DNA from: a virus
Lineage: Duplodnaviria > Caudoviricetes
DNA: 27,480 bases
Virus record (IMG/VR): IMGVR_UViG_3300025084_000168
Location: 1 to 27,480 of that record
Direction: 5' to 3' (one strand)
Shown here: positions 8,074 to 16,411 of the stretch, piece by piece
Layout: each line of letters begins with the position of its first letter
Numbering within the stretch: position 1 is the first letter of the stretch
Notes under the pieces: model-generated
Databases searched by the model: none
The model's input: only the letters and a program-made list of their open reading frames with translations
What the model was told of the DNA's origin: nothing
Made by a program: the position numbers and the translations under genes

Positions 8074-11000
8074 TTATTCGTCTCCAAAAGAAACTCCATT
8101 GTTAGTTAATGATGATCCACCTATTGTGAAGTCATCTGATACTTCTGTATTCTGTTGTGTTTCCTGTAAGTAAGGAGGAATTCCACAATCTTTGCAATAG
8201 CTTCTCGCAAAGCTAATAAATTTTTCTAAATAATCCGAATTATCTGCAGGGGCCGCTACATTTGTACAAAGCTTCCATCCTGTAGTTACAGTATTAGTAG
8301 ATATAGAGTTAAGTGGATCTATATCAAGACCACTACTAGATACTGCTATAAATATTTTTCCATCTCTCTGCACAGAAGATCCTATCCCTAAAGAAAGGGC
8401 TACTACTGGGCTCCATATTATTGCTCCTCCCTCTGTCCAAACTTCTTCGCAATTTGTAATTACATCGCTAAGAGCTGGAGAACCAGAATCAGAACAGTTA
8501 TATATACAAGGTAATCCTCTCACACTTAGTATCTCTTGAATGATAATCATCTTCCAAGCTTCCATTGTAGAGCAGTCATCTGCTAAACCTGTAAGAAGTT
8601 TAGTGTAAAATCTATTACCTGATCTGCTAATACATTCTGCATTATAATCTAGTATTTCGTTTATAGATGAAGGTATACAAGCTGGTATTACTGATGTTCC
8701 AGCTGTACCAGGATTATCTGTTGGATATTGACAACAGCTATTATTATCATTACATGGATATGTTGCAAAAGCATCAAAGTTAACAGCTGTACTATCTGTA
8801 CAACCTGATACTAAAATTGGAGTACAGCAATCTACACTGTAGGTTCCATCAATACAAGGACATTCACCATTACAATCTAAACATGGATATGTACAAGAGT
8901 TATCATCATAACCTGCAGATGCATTATAATTTTCAGCATTAGGGTCAGTACATCCATATATTACTGGATCTACATCTTCATTACAATCATCTTTAGATAT
9001 AAGAACTGAGTCATTAAAACTTTCGTTACAATTAACATTACTAACGTTAACAAGTCCTGCATTATTAGTATATGCATCTGTAGTAAATATAACACTTAAA
9101 TTCCAAACTCCTGGATTTAAGTTTAATGTATGAGTTGGATTTGTCGCAGCCTCTAAATACTCTCCTGAGCCTGGTATCCCAAATCCTCCTGCTCCTAATA
9201 TTCCTAGTCCCCCAGGCATATAACTACCAGTGTAAATAGTTTGCCCTGTAGAATTAGTTGAAGTAGCAAGTATATAATAGTATACACCTAATGGATTATC
9301 AATACTATTATTAAGTTCTGTTACACTTGGTATTGTTATTGTTACTGATCCTGGTGCTGTATAATCACAAGGTTCTCCGTTTGAATCTAAAGTAGTATAG
9401 CTTGTAGGAGCATTAGTAGATGTAATGCCAAGAGTATAACCAGAATCATTTACAAATGTATTTAATTCATCACAGTCTGTAGGGTCATCTCCAGCACAAT
9501 TTTGAATACACTCTGCTTCTGTTGCATAGCCTTCAACTGCATCTGCTTCATACTGACAATTTCCTGGAGTCTTACATATCCATTTACCTAACTCTGGATA
9601 AATACAAAGAGAATTATCAGCTATGGTTGCTGCCGCATTATAGTTAATGGCAGTTATATCCATACATCCTACAATATCTTCTTCTTCTTCGTCATATGTA
9701 CAAAGATTATTATCTGATATAACATTTTCTGTACCAACTGGGCAACAGTAGTTATTTGCTAGAATATCTGTACACTCTCTACTACTTGGAGTATCAAAAA
9801 CACAATCATTTATTAAATCAATTTCCTCTTGACTTAAAACATATGGCTCAGATTGGTAGGTATATTCCCACACATTAAAAGTACCAAAATTATAAGAATA
9901 TGATGTAGAAACTAAACCACCATGTTGCGATAGAAGATTAGCACTAAGACTAACACCTGCATTAGAATTAGGATTAAGAAAATTACTTAAAGACGACGGA
10001 CTTGTAATTTCAAACCCATCTGCAAATACAAAAGTAGTATTTACTATAATAAATTGTGTCTCTATGGTGTTTACATTATCACCATTAGAATTTATATTTA
10101 CGTTTCCTTGGTAATACGTAGGATCAGTGGTATTTCCTATTGCCTCAAAATCTACAGAATACGGTAGATACCCGACATTGTTAGTATTATCATGACAAAA
10201 TATTTCTGAAAATATATAAAATTCAAGAGTATTAGAACTACGAGCTTGATTAAAAGCTGCAGGGCCTACGAACGTTCCTGCGTTTTCTCCCTGCGTAAAA
10301 GTAAATCCATTTTGAGCAGCATTCATTAATGCTGGATTTGTATCTAAGGCATTTTGATAACTAAAAATTATAGAAGGGCCATTTACTAATGAATCTGCAC
10401 ATTCAAACGTAGGATTTAAAATAATCTCACCAGTACAGTCTTCAGTGTCAGTATTATCATAGTTACAACTACCATCACTAAAAGTAGCGCTTTCGTTATA
10501 GTTATTTGCTTCTGGATCTGTACATCCTCCCTGTGTTACAACAGCGGGTCTTGTTATAACATAACACTGTTCAACTTCATCATCTCCGTCTAAAGTACCA
10601 TCATTGTTATATTGTATAACAGTAACATATGTTCCAGGACCTAACCCTGTTACCTCTACAGAACCTCCATTACTATTAGTAGAAGTATCTACTAAGGTAG
10701 CGTTAGAAGTTAAAAAATTTAAAGTACTTGCACCGGTATTCAATGCATCAGTATAACCAGCTCCATAATCTTGAGCAGATATATTTAATCTGTATGTTTT
10801 ATACGTGTAAGGATTAGCTTGATTACTCGTATCAAAATACTCTGATGTGCTAAATACATATTCTTCTTGATATGCTGCATAGTATATAGCGTATGTTGGA
10901 AAAATTAAAGTTGGAATAGTTAAAGTACCATTATCAATATCTCCTCCAACTGGAGTTGAGCTTGCAGCAGTTGCTGTGCTTGGGGAATTAACCAACACCC

Positions 11001-12342
11001 AATCATTTGTAAAAGTATTTCTACCTGACGATTCTAATAAACCAGTTGTAGCATTACAAAATATACAAAGCTCGTCTAAGTCATTAGTAGCTCCGCTATC
11101 AGTATTTATAGCAGAAGCAGTTTTACACCCGTAGGTATTATCTGGATTAGTACCTCCACCTTTTAAAGGTACTGTAAAAAGTATAGAAGATTTACATCCG
11201 TTAGAATCTGTTACTTCTATTTCATAAGTACCTGCGTATAATGATGAAATAGTAAATGAATCTTCAGTTTGTGTTGTATTAGAAGTACTAAAAGCTGTTC
11301 CTGCGGCATTAGCATCATTTAATTCATAATCATCTACAACTACTGTATAATTAGCAACTCCGTTAGCTACAGTAAAACCTGCTGTACCGTTAGCTATATT
11401 TGCACTTGCATCTCCAATACTCCCTGTAGTTACACTAAAGCCTTCACAGCCTACAGTACAACATAGTGCACCTTGAAGCACACTGTTATTAATTATAGTA
11501 GAAGTAAGTGTAGTACCATCGCAAGCCTGTGCGTGCGCACTCCCATCATCTGTACAAGGAAAAGAATTATCTTCACACCCTATAAGCATGTAATTTGCAG
11601 CTGCAGGATCTTTACAAATAAAAATTTCTGGCAGTCCACCAGTGTCAAGAATATCTATAACATTTATCTCTCCAAAGATTAAAGGCCCTTTAATATCTCC
11701 TGCAGATGCAGCTACAACTGGAGAAGCCAATATAAATAAAGATTGTGGAGTAGATGTTCCTTTAAATTTACCTAGCGTATCAGAAGATTCGTCTTTAAGT
11801 TCATACCTAATATTATTTAAAAAACTATTTTGTAGTGAGGTTGATGCAATGTATGCAAAAGCTCCTGATGATAAATAATAAAAATCAGATCTATCACTAG
11901 TATCTAAATATTCCTGTCTTGATGACGGATAAATTACAGTTTGTCTTTGTTGACTCTCTCTTGGGTATTCTAAAAGGTCTACAAAATCATATGTATTAAG
12001 TTTTGTATTTGGAGTAACAGAAAAAGCTCTAGTTAAAGTTTCAAATGGTACAGCTAAAATATTATTAGAGGTAGGAACTCCTATACGTCCTGTAATAGTA
12101 TCTCTACTTTCAAATAGTAAATTATAATAAATTTCTGATGATGATACAGTATTTGTAATACGTATAACTATCTCACTGTTACCTTCAGATAAAATACTTC
12201 GAGTTTCAGTAAATTCAATTTTTTGATCTCCAAAATCAACTTTCGCAATAGGATTCTGGTATCCTGATATAAGAACCAAAAATACTGATCCAGTTGAGTC
12301 TCTAAGACATTTACTAGTATGAAAAGTGTTTAATGTAGCCAT
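8074..12342 (-). CDS. Large Cys-rich mosaic virion-associated protein (tail-hub-like C-terminus; SprB-like, GCTD and CBM5/12-like modules), ~1422 aa
   Basis: The likely start is the ATG at 12342, overlapping the upstream TAA (MATLNTF...). No signal peptide. Contains ~7 GCTD-type repeats, GTYEIEVTDSNGC, a W...G..V...GKIF.A...P...W module and a terminal YCKDC. Confidence 0.65.
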   Translation of the reverse strand: MATLNTFHTSKCLRDSTGSVFLVLISGYQNPIAKVDFGDQKIEFTETRSILSEGNSEIVIRITNTVSSSEIYYNLLFESRDTITGRIGVPTSNNILAVPFETLTRAFSVTPNTKLNTYDFVDLLEYPRESQQRQTVIYPSSRQEYLDTSDRSDFYYLSSGAFAYIASTSLQNSFLNNIRYELKDESSDTLGKFKGTSTPQSLFILASPVVAASAGDIKGPLIFGEINVIDILDTGGLPEIFICKDPAAANYMLIGCEDNSFPCTDDGSAHAQACDGTTLTSTIINNSVLQGALCCTVGCEGFSVTTGSIGDASANIANGTAGFTVANGVANYTVVVDDYELNDANAAGTAFSTSNTTQTEDSFTISSLYAGTYEIEVTDSNGCKSSILFTVPLKGGGTNPDNTYGCKTASAINTDSGATNDLDELCIFCNATTGLLESSGRNTFTNDWVLVNSPSTATAASSTPVGGDIDNGTLTIPTLIFPTYAIYYAAYQEEYVFSTSEYFDTSNQANPYTYKTYRLNISAQDYGAGYTDALNTGASTLNFLTSNATLVDTSTNSNGGSVEVTGLGPGTYVTVIQYNNDGTLDGDDEVEQCYVITRPAVVTQGGCTDPEANNYNESATFSDGSCNYDNTDTEDCTGEIILNPTFECADSLVNGPSIIFSYQNALDTNPALMNAAQNGFTFTQGENAGTFVGPAAFNQARSSNTLEFYIFSEIFCHDNTNNVGYLPYSVDFEAIGNTTDPTYYQGNVNINSNGDNVNTIETQFIIVNTTFVFADGFEITSPSSLSNFLNPNSNAGVSLSANLLSQHGGLVSTSYSYNFGTFNVWEYTYQSEPYVLSQEEIDLINDCVFDTPSSRECTDILANNYCCPVGTENVISDNNLCTYDEEEEDIVGCMDITAINYNAAATIADNSLCIYPELGKWICKTPGNCQYEADAVEGYATEAECIQNCAGDDPTDCDELNTFVNDSGYTLGITSTNAPTSYTTLDSNGEPCDYTAPGSVTITIPSVTELNNSIDNPLGVYYYILATSTNSTGQTIYTGSYMPGGLGILGAGGFGIPGSGEYLEAATNPTHTLNLNPGVWNLSVIFTTDAYTNNAGLVNVSNVNCNESFNDSVLISKDDCNEDVDPVIYGCTDPNAENYNASAGYDDNSCTYPCLDCNGECPCIDGTYSVDCCTPILVSGCTDSTAVNFDAFATYPCNDNNSCCQYPTDNPGTAGTSVIPACIPSSINEILDYNAECISRSGNRFYTKLLTGLADDCSTMEAWKMIIIQEILSVRGLPCIYNCSDSGSPALSDVITNCEEVWTEGGAIIWSPVVALSLGIGSSVQRDGKIFIAVSSSGLDIDPLNSISTNTVTTGWKLCTNVAAPADNSDYLEKFISFARSYCKDCGIPPYLQETQQNTEVSDDFTIGGSSLTNNGVSFGDE

Positions 12343-12857
12343 TAGCAATTACATCCGCAGTGACCGCCACACATTTCGACAGCCTTGTTATATTTCTTTT
12401 CTGCATTAGCTATTACAGCTTTTACTGATACTAAAGATCCAGCTCCTGAACTAGTAGCTAACTCTGCCTCTGCAGTTTTTAATAATAAATAAATTTTTTG
12501 AGCTGAAACTAAGTCCTCTGAGCATTTACTACACTCACAGTTACAGTCAAGCAAGTCTTCCATTTTTTTGGCTAAACAACATAATACATCACAAGAAAGC
12601 ATTACAGCTCCTATCTGAGAAACCTCAGAGTTTGCTAAATGCTCTACAGTAAAAATACCACTGCCTCCATTTGCTGAAGAAATACCTAAACTTGAAATAG
12701 ATACTACACGAGTATTAGAAGCTCCTCCCGGAAATGAATATGTATACTCATTACCATTATCACTAATTTTTATTTGATTAGTGGCTCCTACATCTGAGTT
12801 GGTAACTGTTACTACAATCTTTTTACAATCAGAAGTTGTTGATATGTTTAATGCCAT
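12342..12857 (-). CDS. Cys-rich putative tail-hub/structural protein (probable Zn binding)
   Basis: Motifs CDVLCC, CNCECSKC and C-terminal CGGHCGCNC. Its position after the capsid-auxiliary genes matches the tail-hub gene position in crAss-like phages (synteny inference). Confidence 0.55.
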   Translation of the reverse strand: MALNISTTSDCKKIVVTVTNSDVGATNQIKISDNGNEYTYSFPGGASNTRVVSISSLGISSANGGSGIFTVEHLANSEVSQIGAVMLSCDVLCCLAKKMEDLLDCNCECSKCSEDLVSAQKIYLLLKTAEAELATSSGAGSLVSVKAVIANAEKKYNKAVEMCGGHCGCNC

Positions 12858-12875
12858 GTTGTTTTAAATTTTTAT

Positions 12876-12915
12876 AAAAAAAGACCTACAGGGGAAACAA
12901 GTCCCCTGTGAGTCT
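12876..12915 (-). terminator. Rho-independent terminator closing the head gene block
   Basis: Minus strand reads AGAC-TC-ACAGGGGA-cttgtt-TCCCCTGT-AG-GTCT followed by a T-run (TTTTTT). Confidence 0.85.
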
Positions 12916-12934
12916 AATTAAATTAAATATCTAC

Positions 12935-13312
12935 TTACGCAGATATGTTTGAGATATAGTACTCAACAAATACTTCAACTACACCAGCAGTTAAAGCCGC
13001 TGTTGCAATTACAAACTGAATACCTGTTGAAGATGTAGTCTTGTCCACAACAGTATGTTCTGTTACGTCTTCATCATCAAAAGCTCCATTATCAAATGCT
13101 GTTGCAGCTTTTAAAGTAACTCCTCCCGTAGTAAGAGCTAAAGTTGCTGAACCATCACTTGTCATTGCTGTAGTAACTACAGAATAACATCTAACGATAA
13201 CTGCATTATCAGGGATAATTGCAGAGTTAGCTGGTACAATAGTACTTGCAGCGCCACCATCGACTGCGAAGTCGTATTTAGCGTGTGCTGTCATTAATTT
13301 TGGATGTGCCAT
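12935..13312 (-). CDS. Putative head decoration/cement protein
   Basis: 125 aa beta-rich, YDFAVDGGA...IPDNAVIV...TAALTAGVVEVFVEY. Last gene of the capsid block before the terminator. Confidence 0.55.
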   Translation of the reverse strand: MAHPKLMTAHAKYDFAVDGGAASTIVPANSAIIPDNAVIVRCYSVVTTAMTSDGSATLALTTGGVTLKAATAFDNGAFDDEDVTEHTVVDKTTSSTGIQFVIATAALTAGVVEVFVEYYISNISA

Positions 13313-13337
13313 TTTATTTTATTTTTAAATATTAATA

Positions 13338-14255
13338 TTATAAGATAACAGGTGCAAAATTAGCAGAAGCTAAATACCCGTTAAGTTGATTTTCAAAAGC
13401 TACACCATCGTTTTCGTCAATTGCAATATAGATTTCTATTAAGTTATCTACACCGTTAATTCCTGAAGTTGTACTTCCGTCCTTACTAGCTACAATATGG
13501 TACATGTCATAAACATTACTTGTAACACTGTGAAGCGTTGGTTGAACTGGTAACTCAACTCTGTTGTAGTATCCAAATCCAGAACCTTGTAATTCTTCTT
13601 CAAATTCTCTGATGTAAAATCCATCTCCAAATCCTCTAGAACCTGCAGTTTGATAAGTTATAGTATCAGCTGTTCCGTTACCATTACCATCAATAGCTTC
13701 AAATGCAAAGTCTATGTGAACTAGCTCAGATTGAACTGATCCATCAGCTAAACTTTCACCTTTCTTAAAGCAAGTAAAATCAATACTTGTACCGTTGTTA
13801 GTAATACTATTTACCCAGTAAGGTAAGTCAGCATTAATAGCTGTAGTAAAAGCTGTACACTGTGTAGTTGGAGTTGCACCCGCAGCTACAGTAATTGTGT
13901 AAGATTTAAAGTTAAATGGTTCTGCACCATTAGTTAAGTTAATTACTTTAAGAGTATGCTGTCCTGCCGCAACTGCGTTAGTTGCTAATGCAATTCTAGC
14001 TACTTCTGCAGTTTGAGCTGCACCTGCTTTACCGCCGTATGCTACAACGTTTTTTCCTTTAATCCAAGGGCTTGCAATTTGCTTATCCCCTGTTCCTTGT
14101 ACAAATCTGATGCTATCAGAATCTGAAATTGTATCACCTGGTACAAGACTTGTATTCCCGTCAGCTGATAATTTTTGTATGTCAATAGATCCAGCAGCTA
14201 ATAAGTTATTTGAATAACTTGCAGCTGTACCATCTCCGATTAATAATTGTCTCAT
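13338..14255 (-). CDS. Conserved crAss-like structural protein (auxiliary capsid protein candidate)
   Basis: 305 aa. RGFGDG...EEELQGSGFGYYNR...YDMYHI pattern. Third gene downstream of the MCP, matching crAss-like synteny. Confidence 0.6.
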   Translation of the reverse strand: MRQLLIGDGTAASYSNNLLAAGSIDIQKLSADGNTSLVPGDTISDSDSIRFVQGTGDKQIASPWIKGKNVVAYGGKAGAAQTAEVARIALATNAVAAGQHTLKVINLTNGAEPFNFKSYTITVAAGATPTTQCTAFTTAINADLPYWVNSITNNGTSIDFTCFKKGESLADGSVQSELVHIDFAFEAIDGNGNGTADTITYQTAGSRGFGDGFYIREFEEELQGSGFGYYNRVELPVQPTLHSVTSNVYDMYHIVASKDGSTTSGINGVDNLIEIYIAIDENDGVAFENQLNGYLASANFAPVIL

Positions 14256-14284
14256 TTTTTTATATTTTAGTGAGATTAATAATT

Positions 14285-15448
14285 CTATTCATTCTTTGTT
14301 ACTTCCATAATCGCAGATTTATATCTAGGATCACTTATAGCTTCTAAAATGCTACTTACCGTCATAGCTACAATTTCTTGATGCGTATGCTCTGGTAATT
14401 CGCAATTTACCCCCAAAGATAAGGATATTTCGTTAGGCTTTCTGATGTACGTTATTTTTAGAGTATCTATTATAAATATATCACTAGTGTATATGTCTAT
14501 AGAACTTCCTCTCATAGTTGTTAGTGGAGAGGTATGTTTTGTCGTATTAAACGGATCACTTAAAAGCTTAAATATGTCGTCTTGCTGAGAAAATCTATTT
14601 CCCTCAGTTATTCTTTCTGAGAACGCTAATGGCTCTCTTCTTTCTGAATACGTAGTATCCATTATTTGTAAACCTTGCGGTGATGGAGCAGTTTGTCCTG
14701 TAGCAGGAACTCCAGTAGCAAATGTTGCATTACCTACTGATGAATCCCAATTTATCCAATCATAACTGTCAACGTCTACAGTTACTATAAACTGTCCTGG
14801 GTAATTAAGTGTTTCATATTCTTCCCAGTATATGTTAAACCCTGCACCTGCATTGTTTAGTATGTCTTGTTTAGTAGCTTCTATATTAGCAGGGTAAGAC
14901 TCAGGAGTCCATCCAGATGCTATAAAAGCTGCAGAAGGAGACCATATGTTAGCAGATGTAGCATCAGTTCCTGTAATATCTGCAACCATATTAATCCCAT
15001 TTATAAATGCAGTAGAACTTCCGTCTGCATTATCTAACACAAAATTATTCAAATCTAGTGTAAAGAAATATATAGCTGGTGGATTAACTAAAGAGTAGTC
15101 TATAAACTGACAATTGTTAATCCATAATCTTGATTGTTGATTTACCAAATACATATAATCTGTAGGTAATTGGAATGTGTCAACAAATATTTTTGTTTTT
15201 AATTGCTCCTTAAAAGATACAGGAGCTTCGTACTCGCGTACAAGCGTACGTAAGTCGTCTATTCTTTTTTGTGATTCTTCAAAACCTTTTCTGTACATGT
15301 TATTTCTACCGTACTTAGTATTGATGAATCTGAACATGTTTTTGTTCAATTCAATATCTATCTCTTCAGATAATAAGCTATCAGCTTGGAGTGAATTAAT
15401 CTTATCCACTCCCTGCTGTATAGCTATATGCATTTCAGTTACATTCAT
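14285..15448 (-). CDS. Tail ring / head-tail connector protein with central insertion
   Basis: N-terminal VDKINS...EEIDIELN...GFEESQKRIDDLRTLV and LPTDYMYL; C-terminal LKITYIRKP...CELPEHTHQEIV. These are characteristic of crAss ring proteins. Confidence 0.75.
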   Translation of the reverse strand: MNVTEMHIAIQQGVDKINSLQADSLLSEEIDIELNKNMFRFINTKYGRNNMYRKGFEESQKRIDDLRTLVREYEAPVSFKEQLKTKIFVDTFQLPTDYMYLVNQQSRLWINNCQFIDYSLVNPPAIYFFTLDLNNFVLDNADGSSTAFINGINMVADITGTDATSANIWSPSAAFIASGWTPESYPANIEATKQDILNNAGAGFNIYWEEYETLNYPGQFIVTVDVDSYDWINWDSSVGNATFATGVPATGQTAPSPQGLQIMDTTYSERREPLAFSERITEGNRFSQQDDIFKLLSDPFNTTKHTSPLTTMRGSSIDIYTSDIFIIDTLKITYIRKPNEISLSLGVNCELPEHTHQEIVAMTVSSILEAISDPRYKSAIMEVTKNE

Positions 15449-16257
15449 TAAGATGCTAGTTGTTTAAGTTTTGCTCTTAAAATTGTTAATTTGCCTGAGT
15501 TCTTTTTGTCATTCAGGTGTATTACTGTATCATCCATAGTTTCTCCTAATACCTCGTCAATAAAAATAACTTGGTTTCCAATCTTTCTTAGTACTCCTGC
15601 AGTAACCATTGTCTCGATTTCTGCTTTCATTTCTAAGTGCTTGTCGGCACAAACTTTAATAAACTTCTTAGGTTGCTTTTCCTTAATGTCATAAAGCATG
15701 TTTTCAACTTGCTCTCTTGTTAACGTTTCAGGATTAATATTACCTAATAGTCTAAAGACTCTACGCATCTGCTTTTCGTCAGAAGATACTTTGATAAATG
15801 CTTTATCTGCATCTTTCTTAACTTGAATATCATTGTTACGTCTTAAATCCTTTTTAGCAAGATCTTGTATAAAGAAACGTTTCTGCGAATCTGCATTCAT
15901 TTCTTCTTCTGATAATGCTACATGTGGATGTTTCAAAGCAAAATGATATTTTAAAAAGTCAGTAATGTCAATAGGTGCATCATCATCTGTTGTACCTACT
16001 TCTAATTCTACACCCTCAAAGCCTACTGAAACTGTAAATTCAGCCCAGAATTTTTTGGTGTGTTTTGGCCACTCCATGTGAGCGGGATCTACATCTAACA
16101 TTCCCATTAAATATTTTTTCTCTTCTACAGAGTCAAAAGGTTTTAGTGGTTGTCTGTTGACATATACACTACTTAGTTTCCTAATAGCGCTTGCGTTAAT
16201 TTCCTTTGGCAAATGATTGTTAATCGCTTTTGCTCGTAAATAAACTTTTTTACTCAT
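15448..16257 (-). CDS. Conserved crAss-like protein immediately downstream of MCP (gene 75-like)
   Basis: 269 aa, FWAEF...PIDITDFLKYHFALKHPHVA...AGVLRK...LGET. Conserved position directly after the MCP. Confidence 0.65.
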   Translation of the reverse strand: MSKKVYLRAKAINNHLPKEINASAIRKLSSVYVNRQPLKPFDSVEEKKYLMGMLDVDPAHMEWPKHTKKFWAEFTVSVGFEGVELEVGTTDDDAPIDITDFLKYHFALKHPHVALSEEEMNADSQKRFFIQDLAKKDLRRNNDIQVKKDADKAFIKVSSDEKQMRRVFRLLGNINPETLTREQVENMLYDIKEKQPKKFIKVCADKHLEMKAEIETMVTAGVLRKIGNQVIFIDEVLGETMDDTVIHLNDKKNSGKLTILRAKLKQLAS

Positions 16258-16315
16258 AATTTGGTACTTTTAAAGTGTTGATTAGTGGATGTAAAGTATA
16301 ACTCTCCAGTATCGT

Positions 16316-16352
16316 AAAGTAGAAATTGAGGGGAGCACGAAGCCCCCCACAA
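16316..16352 (-). terminator. Imperfect intrinsic terminator/attenuator downstream of MCP
   Basis: Minus strand reads TTG-T-GGGGGGC-ttcgt-GCTCCCC-T-CAA followed by TTTCTACTTT. Confidence 0.7.
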
Positions 16353-16411
16353 CCTCAACCAAAAAACCAATATATAGACTTGCGAATGCTCGCCTCTTTT
16401 AACCTCCTAAA

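Noticed and set aside
16258-16411. tRNA, or stop-codon readthrough extension of MCP
   Set aside because: There is no cloverleaf or T-loop consensus. The MCP ends in TAA and the in-frame continuation stops after 18 codons.
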